From sequence record NC_042013.1: a stretch of DNA of 64,000 nt; one strand, 5' to 3'. Within the stretch, counting starts at the first letter, position 1. Every line of letters starts with the position of its first letter. Positions 37,869 through 47,987 of the stretch are shown here, piece after piece. Below the pieces are notes generated by a model. That model did not search any database, had not been told where the DNA came from, and worked only from the letters and a program-made list of their open reading frames with translations. Both the position numbers and the translations under genes were made by a program.

Positions 37869-40800
37869 TTATACTATATTCAAGAAACGTCTGCGTCCTG
37901 CTATTTTCTTCAATTCACCTGTGGTTGTAAAACTGTTAATAATTACATTTCCAGATAAATGTAACTGCAATTCAGCTACAATTTCGGTTTCGATACTGTT
38001 TAGAATAATCGATCCTTCAACATCTATTTGACGTGAAAGAACCCCATTCGTAATGATATTACTTATTACAACATCACCTGTTATAGCGCCCTCTTGCGCC
38101 ATAATACCCTCGGTGATAATATTACTAATTAGGGTGTCACCTGTTATTTCACCGGGGTTTAATACGTCTCCAACAATTTCAGTAATAATGTTTGAAATGT
38201 TGACATCACCGGTTACAAAGTCTCCTGATGCCAATATACCTGATGTTGATATTGGTCCAATGATAGTATCACTATCAATTGCGAGGTCTGTTATCAATTC
38301 ACCGCTTGTAATTATGAATGGTATTAATGTTTCTCCAGAAATATTTTCTCCTGAGGTTACATATCCTGTAGTTTCGATTGAAGGAATTATTACTTCGCCA
38401 GTAATATCCTCACCATCACTCAAACGACCTTCAGTTACAATAGACGGTATCAATACATCACCGGATGCATTTTGAGGAACGGTAAACAATCCATCAGTTT
38501 CAAATGACGGTAATAATGTGTCACCGTAAATTTCCGGTTCCAACAAGAATTCTCCAGAAATTTCAAACGAAGGTAATAGTATACCTATATCGATAGTTTC
38601 GCCTTGTGATAATGCGCCGCTAGATGTAATACTATCTATAACAGTTTCTCCGCTTAAGAACTGTTCCTCGTATAGATCGCCTTCTGTAATTATGTTATTA
38701 ATTAATACGTCACCCTCAAATTGTGGAGGAAGATTCATGTCGCCTTCAACAACAAACATAGGGATAAGGGTGTCACCATATAACTCATTGTCAATATATA
38801 ATTGGCCTATAGTGGATATGGAGCCAAAACGTGTTTTACCATAAGCATACGGTTGTGGTAATGGCGTATATGATAATTCATAATTATAACCATTTAAATC
38901 AATAAATGCCGTCGACAATGTAACGGTTGTGATTGCTGATGAACTATCTTCGCCAATGAACCCGTCCACCGAGAACGGTGATGGTACGAGAACGTCGCCA
39001 TAAATCGCATTTGGTGCCTCGATTTCACCTGTGGTAGTAATCGAATTTATTGATACATCACCAAACAAAGCGAGGTCTGTTTCGCTTATAATTTCGGTTG
39101 TTATCGATGGTATTACCGTAGCCCCTGATATATTGGTTGCGGTATCTACCATTTTGAATGCATACAATGAGGTGAAATTATTAAGAGAGGCGGTTGTTGT
39201 CGATGATCCAAACGCTATTTCGGTTGCGTGGCCTAAGACGATTAATTTCTTACTACCAGTATTGGAAATACTAATATTTTGTTTCATCCCGCCGCCGAGA
39301 GTAGTTCCATTCCAGTTTCGTGGAATAATAACACCTTTATCAGCAAAAAAATCAGCTACATAATAATATCCATATCCATTATTGTTAACGACAACAAATA
39401 GTAAGGTATCTGTAAGCCATCTGCCGAGGGATAGCGCGTTAAATGGTGTAGATGCGATGAGGGTGTCAAATGTTCCATCCGGCGCAATACTATAAACATT
39501 CAAATATGGTGCTGCATTATTATAACTTAATAGAACATATTGACCATTTGGTGAAAAATCTATTCTGGTAACACCAGTAGTTGTTGCTATAGTGGTACGG
39601 TATACATAATCGTTACCTACACGATCATAAATATCAACCCCTGTAGATGACGTTGCACCTGCAACATACAACAATGAACCGTCATTTGAGAAACGAGCAA
39701 CCAGACGATTGGCGGTAAGATCATACTTTGAGATGTTTGTAAAAGTACCATCTTCGTTGTTTATGAATAGTAACAACGTTCGGCCATACGGAACCGCAAA
39801 CATTTTAGATACAGGAGAATAATCACCCAACGTACCGCTAGTTGCAAGTGCGGTAACCCACGGAAGACCGGTGAACTGTTGTACCGGCACAGGGATACCC
39901 TCGGATGTTTTTTCATAAAAATCAACAGTACCATTTCCATTAGTAGCTGGACCGGGTAACATCATATACTTCGAATCTGATGAAATAGTACAAGATGTTG
40001 TTATTGTACTTTTAAAAGGTAACGGATCAGTAAAAGAGTCAGTATCCGGTGCAATGAGATAGATAAGATCAGGTTTGGCCGCCGCTACTGGTCGAATAAT
40101 ATATTTACCATCAGGGGAAATACCAGTACCCCACGTATTATCGCCAATACTATTATTAACGTCTGTTGTAACGTTAAAATTAGTTATTTCAGTCAACACG
40201 CCGTTGATTACACTGAAATCGTGTAATGATACAGTATTAGCGTTAACCGCTATTTTGAAAATATTATTATTAATCCATTGAGGTCTATATGCAAAACTAT
40301 ATGATATTGATCTATTTCCCAACACATAAATTGTATTGATATTAATCTCTGTTGTATCATAAACAATGAGATTGTTAGTGGCAGAAGAAATAGCACCACA
40401 TAATACAAACTTATTACCATCAGGACTAAAGGAACCATAATAATTGTTTGAGAAAAATCCACCGGGAGGTGCGTTACCACGTCTAATCACACCTAATTGA
40501 GTAAAATCTGATGGATTTATATTTGCAAAATAAGGCGATCCTGCCGCCGCAAACGAGGTAAATGCGAGTTTAGTTCTATCGTTACTGATAGCCATTGAAT
40601 ATAAGCTTGTACCAACTGACATCGTTCCAACTTGCGTCACGGTTGAACCAGAGACTCTATAGAAAATAACACTTGATGTTGTCATTCCATAAAATTCAGT
40701 AGGTGAAAACCACGCAGTTGCCCAAACTTGGTTAGTAGCCGGAACAGTAAGTGCGGTTAGGCCGGTTTCCGAAATAGAATATACCTTTAGAGAGGTGCCA

Positions 40801-42185
40801 TCTGGAAATGCTAATAATTTAGAATCGGGTGATACAGACATCTGTCTCGATCCTGCTGACCCTACAGGATATGTGAATTTACGAGATGCAAGAGCGGTAT
40901 TCAACGAATTTGTGTAATGATATAATGTTGTTGCATCTACTATAAAAGCGTGTCTACCATTTGGACTAATCGCCGCATTATTTGCGATGATATTATTTGT
41001 TGTCCCTGCCGGATTACCGACATTATTGTTAATAGGAACGCCGTTGACAACATTACCCATTTGTAAAGTGTTATTGATGTTGGTATATAAGTATTTTTTA
41101 CCATTTTCAGATACAACATAATTTGTTGCAGCATAATAGCGATTGAGAAGACCACTTGCTTGATCATTATTTACGGTAATGGTTTCATTACCATCGGTAT
41201 TTTTTATGGTGGCATATTCTAAAAATGTGCCATTATTATTTGAATAATTTATAACAGTCTTATTGAAGATTTGCATGTCTCCAGAAATAGTAAAAGGAGA
41301 CGTTATTGTGTAGTTTACAGGATCGATAACGTTGTAACCTGCTATTTGCCCAACAGACATTAAACCGGGACTAACACGAGCATATCGTAGGCTGGTTGCT
41401 TCATCAATTTGACAAACAACTGAACCACCGTTAACGTTATTTTGCGAAATTGACAATACAGCACTAGAATTCATTATGTCATTATTGTAATATCTAATAC
41501 CGGCTGTTGCAGAACTTGAGGAGTTAAATGACACGTAATTAACTGTACCGCTTCCAGACATATTAACGTTAGATATGTTAATATTTGACTGAGCTTGTAA
41601 TAATAAATATGTGCTATCTTGTTTAATAATATAGGCAGTTCCACCAGCGCCTGACGTTGGTCTACCAAATACAAAATAATTTGTATCAGACGCTTTTCGA
41701 GCGGTATCTGCATATATAAATGGAACAGCGGTATTTGTGGCAACTAACGTTCCACCTCCAGCATAATATGTGGTAGTGGTTGTATTGTAAAATTTAAAAA
41801 CGTTTAAGCCTTCAACCCACGCGATATCGATGTTATCTGCACCAACAGCGATAGAATGAATTGTTGCGGTATTATCGGAACTAACTATACTTGAAACATA
41901 TGCCCACGATGTAGTGTATTCAAATACTAGGATAGTACCATTATTTGCACACCCGACATACAATTTATTTCCATTTGGGGAAAAAGCAATTGCCTCAGTA
42001 GGAACACGTGCAGGGCTCGAAATTTGTAATAGAGTCTCCGTCACCGTATCGTAAATATGTTGGGTTGTAATAGATGCTCCAGAGTTAGGAGATAGGGCAA
42101 TAAAACGACCATTTGGAGAAAGCTTTGCCATAGAATAAGCAAAACCGATATTAACATTTTTGTAGTTGTCGATAATGATACTCAT
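37869..42185 (-). CDS. virion fibre/adhesin: multiple beta-propellers plus acidic 21-aa repeat stalk (copy 1)
   Basis: FSPxG blades; about 18 repeats; C-terminal RRRFLNIV; paralogue of 32199-36350. Confidence 0.75.
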   Translation of the reverse strand: MSIIIDNYKNVNIGFAYSMAKLSPNGRFIALSPNSGASITTQHIYDTVTETLLQISSPARVPTEAIAFSPNGNKLYVGCANNGTILVFEYTTSWAYVSSIVSSDNTATIHSIAVGADNIDIAWVEGLNVFKFYNTTTTTYYAGGGTLVATNTAVPFIYADTARKASDTNYFVFGRPTSGAGGTAYIIKQDSTYLLLQAQSNINISNVNMSGSGTVNYVSFNSSSSATAGIRYYNNDIMNSSAVLSISQNNVNGGSVVCQIDEATSLRYARVSPGLMSVGQIAGYNVIDPVNYTITSPFTISGDMQIFNKTVINYSNNNGTFLEYATIKNTDGNETITVNNDQASGLLNRYYAATNYVVSENGKKYLYTNINNTLQMGNVVNGVPINNNVGNPAGTTNNIIANNAAISPNGRHAFIVDATTLYHYTNSLNTALASRKFTYPVGSAGSRQMSVSPDSKLLAFPDGTSLKVYSISETGLTALTVPATNQVWATAWFSPTEFYGMTTSSVIFYRVSGSTVTQVGTMSVGTSLYSMAISNDRTKLAFTSFAAAGSPYFANINPSDFTQLGVIRRGNAPPGGFFSNNYYGSFSPDGNKFVLCGAISSATNNLIVYDTTEININTIYVLGNRSISYSFAYRPQWINNNIFKIAVNANTVSLHDFSVINGVLTEITNFNVTTDVNNSIGDNTWGTGISPDGKYIIRPVAAAKPDLIYLIAPDTDSFTDPLPFKSTITTSCTISSDSKYMMLPGPATNGNGTVDFYEKTSEGIPVPVQQFTGLPWVTALATSGTLGDYSPVSKMFAVPYGRTLLLFINNEDGTFTNISKYDLTANRLVARFSNDGSLLYVAGATSSTGVDIYDRVGNDYVYRTTIATTTGVTRIDFSPNGQYVLLSYNNAAPYLNVYSIAPDGTFDTLIASTPFNALSLGRWLTDTLLFVVVNNNGYGYYYVADFFADKGVIIPRNWNGTTLGGGMKQNISISNTGSKKLIVLGHATEIAFGSSTTTASLNNFTSLYAFKMVDTATNISGATVIPSITTEIISETDLALFGDVSINSITTTGEIEAPNAIYGDVLVPSPFSVDGFIGEDSSSAITTVTLSTAFIDLNGYNYELSYTPLPQPYAYGKTRFGSISTIGQLYIDNELYGDTLIPMFVVEGDMNLPPQFEGDVLINNIITEGDLYEEQFLSGETVIDSITSSGALSQGETIDIGILLPSFEISGEFLLEPEIYGDTLLPSFETDGLFTVPQNASGDVLIPSIVTEGRLSDGEDITGEVIIPSIETTGYVTSGENISGETLIPFIITSGELITDLAIDSDTIIGPISTSGILASGDFVTGDVNISNIITEIVGDVLNPGEITGDTLISNIITEGIMAQEGAITGDVVISNIITNGVLSRQIDVEGSIILNSIETEIVAELQLHLSGNVIINSFTTTGELKKIAGRRRFLNIV

Positions 42186-42223
42186 TATACTGTCCCGAAT
42201 TTATATTAAAGGTATAATTTGGT

Positions 42224-43678
42224 TTAACGAGTGAACGTTAAAAGGTTGTCATTTCTAAAATCTATTTTAAGATTTGATCCTACGGGAATAATTTTATTTG
42301 ATCCTAGATCATAGAACATCATTGGTTGTTTGGTAATAAAATCGTATATTACTGCATAACGGGCTTGGATAAATGATGACGTTACCGGGTGATTAGAATC
42401 GGCTGCATTGATATTATAAACGCCAACGCCGCCAGATTCGCTTATGGAAATAGCCAAACCGTCTTCCGGCCAATCACCACCTGTAATGATTTGTTCAGAA
42501 GGAATTTGGTTGATGTTTGTTAACGTTTTATCGAATTCTGCACTGGATGTTAAAAAGAACATGCGCAAATCGAGTGTTGACAAATCTTTAACAAATTTTT
42601 CAACAGCATTATCATAAATTTTCGTTTCGGTTAATGCATTTGCTATATGTGGTGAAATTGATACGGATGTTCCACCTGCAATGACATTGCTCATGGCAGT
42701 GGTATTGATTGCCCAACTGGTTCCATTGAAGTCATACATTACTCGAGTAAATGCATCGATCAAATGAAGGCCATCACGTGTGAATGAAATAGTCTGCCCA
42801 AAATTTGAAAACTGCGTTGGCTGTTGAATGATATATTCACCATATTTTTTAAACATAACGGTTGTGTAATTTCCAGATGATACATAAGAAATAGCAACGT
42901 TTCTGGTATCTCCTGAGAAAGCAATACGGTTAATGGTTCCTATATTTGGAAGCTGTTGAATTAACTCAAGATTTATAGTAATAGCTGATGTTTCTGGATC
43001 GACGGTCTTTACTGGCTTGTAAACATATGCCGATGTACCATTAGAGGCAACAATAACCACCACCGAACTATCAAATGACCAATAAGCAGCGGACGTTGGA
43101 AATCCTAGAGATTGCTGGTGCGTTGAATATATCGGGGTGCCATTGGGATTAGACCCATTGGTATATGCCAGCGTAACAGAGTTGGTCGAACGTGTGTATA
43201 ATATCCAGTTCGCATCAGGGGAACCGCTAACGGATGTAACTGTATTCATGCTTGTTGGTGCAACCCAAAAATTTAATGCAGAAAGGCCATTATTAGCAAC
43301 TTTAAGACCTACTGACGTTGCATTGACTGGTCCATTTATAGGGCTTAAATAGATTTGATTTTTTTCACGACCATAAGAAATGTTGATTGGTAGCGTAGAG
43401 TTTGTAATTGCACCGCTATAAAGAGTAACAGGACCAAGAACAGCGGGAGACACACTGGTTACGTTTGCAGTTGTTCCATTACGACCAGTAACCAATAGTC
43501 TTGAACCGTCATTCGTCCATTGCAAAATATTGGTTGGTTCAGGTGCGGTTGAATTGATTGATGACGGAAATCCTGAGGCCGCGCCGATCAATGCAAATGA
43601 TCCGTTAAGTAATTCGTATATTCTTACGGTATTATTAGTTGAATAATGAATCGCTAATAGCGGATTACCGTCAGCCAT
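42224..43678 (-). CDS. beta-propeller virion fibre adaptor (copy 1)
   Basis: GNPLLAIHY N-terminus, ARYAVIYD C-domain; late-like AATAAATA at 43702-43709. Confidence 0.72.
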   Translation of the reverse strand: MADGNPLLAIHYSTNNTVRIYELLNGSFALIGAASGFPSSINSTAPEPTNILQWTNDGSRLLVTGRNGTTANVTSVSPAVLGPVTLYSGAITNSTLPINISYGREKNQIYLSPINGPVNATSVGLKVANNGLSALNFWVAPTSMNTVTSVSGSPDANWILYTRSTNSVTLAYTNGSNPNGTPIYSTHQQSLGFPTSAAYWSFDSSVVVIVASNGTSAYVYKPVKTVDPETSAITINLELIQQLPNIGTINRIAFSGDTRNVAISYVSSGNYTTVMFKKYGEYIIQQPTQFSNFGQTISFTRDGLHLIDAFTRVMYDFNGTSWAINTTAMSNVIAGGTSVSISPHIANALTETKIYDNAVEKFVKDLSTLDLRMFFLTSSAEFDKTLTNINQIPSEQIITGGDWPEDGLAISISESGGVGVYNINAADSNHPVTSSFIQARYAVIYDFITKQPMMFYDLGSNKIIPVGSNLKIDFRNDNLLTFTR

Positions 43679-43722
43679 GATGAAACTCTCCTATATAGAG
43701 ATATTTATTACATAATCATAAA

Positions 43723-43748
43723 AAAAGGTCTGGAAAACCAGACCTTTT
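43723..43748 (-). terminator. intrinsic terminator
   Basis: AAAAGGTCTGG/CCAGACCTTTT after 43774-44202. Confidence 0.85.
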
Positions 43749-43773
43749 AAGAATAATAAATCAGTTTGAAATA

Positions 43774-44202
43774 TTAGCCCTTAGCGATAGAAACTGACCA
43801 AGAAACGACCGCAACCTTAACAGCAGCCGTAATTGCTGTTGATGAAATCTTGAGATCGCCGTCGCCGGTAGCAGCGGTTACTGTACCATCCATCTGAATG
43901 TCACCATCCGTATCAAGTACGCGGAACCAAGCAGCTTCGCCAGTTGCCAACGCGTCAACAGTAGTGATTTCTTCAGCAACAGCAGTAGCACCAATAGCAG
44001 ATGCGGTAGCTGTTCCAAAGGATGGATTAGGAAGGTCATATTCAACCAATAGAACCTGTGTAGTAGTAGCGTCATCAATCGCAGTTGGACGCTCACCTGA
44101 CCAAATCTGAAGCTTAGCGTTTGCGCCAGCACCTTCGTCAAAGGAGTCGACCATCGCATTTACAACAGAAATAGCGGAGTTAGTAGAAATTCTTGCAACC
44201 AT
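43774..44202 (-). CDS. small virion structural protein, probable major fibre/whisker subunit
   Basis: I[WY]SG.RP, L.NPSF, ATG.A.WFR, DG.V....GD.DL.I.S pattern; optimal codons; own late promoter and terminator. Confidence 0.65.
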   Translation of the reverse strand: MVARISTNSAISVVNAMVDSFDEGAGANAKLQIWSGERPTAIDDATTTQVLLVEYDLPNPSFGTATASAIGATAVAEEITTVDALATGEAAWFRVLDTDGDIQMDGTVTAATGDGDLKISSTAITAAVKVAVVSWSVSIAKG

Positions 44203-44243
44203 GTTAAAAACCCTTTCGGTATCGTGTATATTGTTATTTATCG

Positions 44244-44786
44244 TTAAGAAATAATAGTAGCCGTTTTAGTAGCAAATAAAGTCAATGCAACGTCAACATT
44301 TTGTATCGCAGTTCCACTAATTAAGCGCAATTTATCACCAGCAACAAAATCAACGGGGCCGTTGAAACCAATCATTAGCGGGTCTTCAATAAAAAATGTC
44401 CCAACAATGGTATCGTTTTTGAAAATATTTATTGAACTGGTTGCGCCATCAGGGAGTTCTGAATATGATATTTGTGTACCCGTCAAGTCATCCGGTAATG
44501 TGAAAGACTCTGTTGCGATAAACGTAAATAATACCTCATCAGCGTCCCAACCATCACTTAAACTAAATGCCAAATTCATAGGGATTGTTTTACCAATAAT
44601 AGTTTCTGGAATTTCAGCAAGATCGAAACCATTATTTGTATCATTGACAACAACCGCCTTTCCAGCAGATGTCGAAATATCAAGGGTTCCTAAATCATCA
44701 AGATTGTCGGAATGGCCTTGGATTGTAACGCCGACCTTGTTGTCAACTAAAGAATTTACTGTTGTTTTATTGGTTTTGTATGACAT
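44244..44786 (-). CDS. virion structural protein (fibre-associated)
   Basis: GKAVVVN..NNGF linker, F.AGDKL C-domain; AATAAATA at 44810-44817 (-). Confidence 0.55.
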   Translation of the reverse strand: MSYKTNKTTVNSLVDNKVGVTIQGHSDNLDDLGTLDISTSAGKAVVVNDTNNGFDLAEIPETIIGKTIPMNLAFSLSDGWDADEVLFTFIATESFTLPDDLTGTQISYSELPDGATSSINIFKNDTIVGTFFIEDPLMIGFNGPVDFVAGDKLRLISGTAIQNVDVALTLFATKTATIIS

Positions 44787-44809
44787 ATCGAAGAATCCTA
44801 TTTCATACG

Positions 44810-44848
44810 TATTTATTCATTTGACAAAATATCGTTTTCCATTATAAA
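44810..44848. promoter_or_regulatory. back-to-back late (-) and early (+) promoters
   Basis: AATAAATA (-) 44810-44817; TTGACA-N16-TATAAA (+) 44821-44848. Confidence 0.65.
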
Positions 44849-44874
44849 TTAATTTCTTACATAAAGGAGAATGC

Positions 44875-45147
44875 ATGAGTGTAGTCAACCATTTTAGCCT
44901 GTATAGATTACCTCTGCATAAAGCGGATAGATTTCTGTCTGAAAATTTAGTGCCAGTTGTGTATGATAACCGTTTCGGTGAATATACATATGTCTTAGTG
45001 AGAAATTATAAACATCAATTTTTTGGATATCTGTCCGGTGGAATAGAGGACTTCTTTCCGTTTGTTAATTCAGAATATGACGAGGAACGTCCGTCAATTA
45101 CATATGTCACTTATAATAGTCAGGTTAGGGATATTTTAGAAAAATGA
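44875..45147 (+). CDS. family A protein
   Basis: IEDFFPF; AAGGAG RBS. Confidence 0.7.
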   Translation: MSVVNHFSLYRLPLHKADRFLSENLVPVVYDNRFGEYTYVLVRNYKHQFFGYLSGGIEDFFPFVNSEYDEERPSITYVTYNSQVRDILEK

Positions 45148-45425
45148 GAATATCTATACGAAGAGATAGGGCCGAAATTTTGAAAACGTGGTATGGCGTA
45201 AGAACGTGTGTATACCACCCACCACGTAATCATATGAATGATCCGAACATAGAATATGAATACGCTTATATATGGCATTATTCATACAATAATGTATTAT
45301 ATTTTGGGTATGTATATTATTTGTCTGATATTGTGCCAGTGTCCGAGGATAGATTAATGTACAACGATGACGAAACATGGAATAATATAAATTCGGTTCA
45401 CACCGTTATACAGGATTGTTTATAA
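45144..45425 (+). CDS. family A protein
   Basis: LSDIVPV. Confidence 0.7.
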   Translation: MRISIRRDRAEILKTWYGVRTCVYHPPRNHMNDPNIEYEYAYIWHYSYNNVLYFGYVYYLSDIVPVSEDRLMYNDDETWNNINSVHTVIQDCL

Positions 45426-45989
45426 ATGGCAACAAAACTTACCTATTACAGTAAATCTCGGTATAGCGACTCATACTGGAAAATGATAATTGATGGTACG
45501 TACCATCATCGATCAGCATCTCTTGAAGATATCATTCCTGCCATATATGAACCAGTATACTATGCGTCGTTTCTACATTATAGAACAACGAATACTGTTG
45601 ACATAGAATGTTTAGATGGGAATTTCAAATTATCAAATTCAAATCTTATAGAAGCTATTGATGTGGTTCACGACATCAACATAACAGGTATTAACGTCTT
45701 CGTGTTTTATGGAACATTGTTTTACGCATCAAAACAGATGCCACAAGCGGAATTGGAATGTGTGAAATATTATAAGTGGGGATATCAAAAAACCACAAGC
45801 GGTGGGACAAATGTATCTAAGTATGGGCGAACGATTGACTTAGTGACGAAATTGAAAGACGAACCAGAATTTGAAATGGACGCCTTTATTATGTCAAAAA
45901 ACGGCACTACCCTTTATTATGGTGAAGAAAAAGTTCATACTAATATAAGAACGTTGACTGGTTTGATAAAAAAATATTCAAAAAAGTAA
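45426..45989 (+). CDS. family A protein with C-terminal extension
   Basis: LTYYS; LEDIIPA. Confidence 0.7.
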   Translation: MATKLTYYSKSRYSDSYWKMIIDGTYHHRSASLEDIIPAIYEPVYYASFLHYRTTNTVDIECLDGNFKLSNSNLIEAIDVVHDINITGINVFVFYGTLFYASKQMPQAELECVKYYKWGYQKTTSGGTNVSKYGRTIDLVTKLKDEPEFEMDAFIMSKNGTTLYYGEEKVHTNIRTLTGLIKKYSKK

Positions 45990-45997
45990 GTGAACAT

Positions 45998-46315
45998 ATG
46001 GGAAACGTAAGCATTAGATATTACACTGATCGGTTTATTCAGTATGAGGGGCGATATACCGGTTATATGCGTAATAGTTTCGAAATGTGTAATTTGGAAT
46101 TAGATGACGTTATCGCGCACGGGTCTTTTTGGTTTGTGGGGAGATTTGCGGCTTTAACAATTGATGACTTAATCCCATTCAAATGTGATATATCAGAAGA
46201 TGTCAGGGTTGCGAGATATGACGATGTGACATTTAGTAATGTAAGATATCATTCTGGAATTAGTGTCAATTTTGATGAAATTACAATCGAACAATTTTTA
46301 CTAGAATTGGAATAA
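45998..46315 (+). CDS. family A protein
   Basis: IRYY; GSFW; IDDLIPF. Confidence 0.72.
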   Translation: MGNVSIRYYTDRFIQYEGRYTGYMRNSFEMCNLELDDVIAHGSFWFVGRFAALTIDDLIPFKCDISEDVRVARYDDVTFSNVRYHSGISVNFDEITIEQFLLELE

Positions 46316-46317
46316 AA

Positions 46318-46545
46318 ATGGTTTTAGAATTTATTAGTAAAAATTTATTTAAAGATCGTGAAGGTTGGTGGGTAAATGATAGACTCGTTGACCCAATAGA
46401 CTATTATCCAATCGTTATTGAACCATCCAGCAAAGTTGAGTATATTTCAATTGCACAACAAACCGTATTTTTTAAATTAATAGAAGAAAAAACAAAAGTT
46501 TGTAGCGTGGAAGAATTCATAAGAGAGGAAATATGGCTGTGTTGA
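46318..46545 (+). CDS. family A protein
   Basis: GWW; PIDYYPI. Confidence 0.66.
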   Translation: MVLEFISKNLFKDREGWWVNDRLVDPIDYYPIVIEPSSKVEYISIAQQTVFFKLIEEKTKVCSVEEFIREEIWLC

Positions 46546-46787
46546 TTTTTGAGAATACCACACCTGATCATCCTTGGTATTGGTATCATTCCACTCTTAA
46601 ATATGCGACAAAAATAAGTGATTATATTCCTTTTGAAAATTTTATTTTCAAAACAGACATTCACGTTGTTAACATATCAGAAACATCGATTCTTATAAGA
46701 GATTTTGATGGGGAGACCGAGATTCATTATTATGAATCTATGGATGAATTGTATCATTACATAAAGGATAAAATTACATATGTTTAA
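46533..46787 (+). CDS. family A protein
   Basis: ISDYIPF. Confidence 0.7.
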   Translation: MAVLIFENTTPDHPWYWYHSTLKYATKISDYIPFENFIFKTDIHVVNISETSILIRDFDGETEIHYYESMDELYHYIKDKITYV

Positions 46788-47139
46788 TGATAACACTTTG
46801 ATATATTATTCTAACGATTATTTTGAAAATTATTTTGAAGATAGGTCCGCAGAACTATTGATGAATAATTTTGAAACAAATGTTCCTATAAACATTATTA
46901 ATTTAGGAAATTTCTGGTGTTTCGGTAAAACTTCAAATAGTTTCAGAGCGTATAGTTATATAAAAGATATATCATTATTGATTCCGTATGTTCCACGTCT
47001 ATCTCCTGACGTTATGAAATTATCGGTTACCAATAAAAATGTCTCGGTTAATAAAAGGAAACATTTTTTTAAAGACCATTTGGTTTTTACATTTGATCAC
47101 CTCGTTGAGGTTTTTAAGAATTATGAGTTGACTTGTTAA
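46780..47139 (+). CDS. family A protein
   Basis: LIYYS; GNFW; ISLLIPY. Confidence 0.68.
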   Translation: MFNDNTLIYYSNDYFENYFEDRSAELLMNNFETNVPINIINLGNFWCFGKTSNSFRAYSYIKDISLLIPYVPRLSPDVMKLSVTNKNVSVNKRKHFFKDHLVFTFDHLVEVFKNYELTC

Positions 47140-47184
47140 AATCTTGTGATAATATTTTTCGAGTTTTAATATAAGGAGAAAAAT

Positions 47185-47466
47185 ATGAGTCGAGCATTTG
47201 ATCTTTATGAAAATCGTGAATTTTTTGATAGTGGTGACGTCCATTCCATTCGTCGCGGTGTTTATTATAAACCGGCTACATTCCTTCGATACGGTAAAAC
47301 GGATGGTCGCGTCGGTCGTGTCTGGCAGATTTCTAAAAATTCTTGGGGATGGGTAGACTATCGCTATCGTGCTTCCAGAAATCATCACCTTCGCTATACT
47401 GGAAAAGCAACCACATTTGATCAAGCCATTCAGCGCGTATTCAATAAAAGGTCGTATTATGGATAA
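47185..47466 (+). CDS. basic hypothetical protein
   Basis: AAGGAG RBS. Confidence 0.72.
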   Translation: MSRAFDLYENREFFDSGDVHSIRRGVYYKPATFLRYGKTDGRVGRVWQISKNSWGWVDYRYRASRNHHLRYTGKATTFDQAIQRVFNKRSYYG

Positions 47467-47926
47467 ATCATATGATTATTATGTTATGGCGGTTCACAAG
47501 AATGATCCCTACGATAGTCTACCCCTATGCGAATTGACGTGTCGTTTGGAAAAGGAACCGGATATCATTACCGACAATATCCACGATATTTTGAAAAGCA
47601 CCGGTCATTCATTGAGCGGTTATCATCTTGTCATAATCAACAAGCTTACCGGTATCGGGGTATATGATAGTGGTTATATTGAGCATTATAACGTTGACGA
47701 CATTTATGCGGTCTTTCAATATAACAAACCACCTGAAGGTTTTTACGAATACGTCATAGATTCTATACCCCCAAAAAATAATTCTCCAAAAATTCTATAT
47801 GAAATTGACGGGGTATCGGTGACAGAAGATGAATATAATCAACGTGTTAGAATTACTCACGTAAAAGAAATGACACTTGAGGAAATAGAAAAAGAACTCG
47901 GATACAAAATTATTTTAAAAAAGTAG
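47459..47926 (+). CDS. hypothetical protein
   Basis: C-terminal KEMTLEEIEKELGYKI motif. Confidence 0.7.
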   Translation: MDKSYDYYVMAVHKNDPYDSLPLCELTCRLEKEPDIITDNIHDILKSTGHSLSGYHLVIINKLTGIGVYDSGYIEHYNVDDIYAVFQYNKPPEGFYEYVIDSIPPKNNSPKILYEIDGVSVTEDEYNQRVRITHVKEMTLEEIEKELGYKIILKK

Positions 47927-47968
47927 TTGACTTTATTTTTGGATAGGGTATAACAACATCATCGAAAC
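47927..47968 (+). promoter_or_regulatory. early promoter with ATCGAAAC leader
   Basis: TTGACT-N16-TATAAC, ATCGAAAC 47961-47968. Confidence 0.75.
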
Positions 47969-47987
47969 AAACAAAGGAGACGACATT

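Noticed and set aside
32581-44847. + strand and alternative-frame ORFs inside the fibre module (e.g. 32581, 33073, 35015, 37446, 38053, 39031, 43878, 43898, 44362)
   Set aside because: These are antisense or off-frame shadows of long genes with strong codon periodicity; they have no RBS or promoters.
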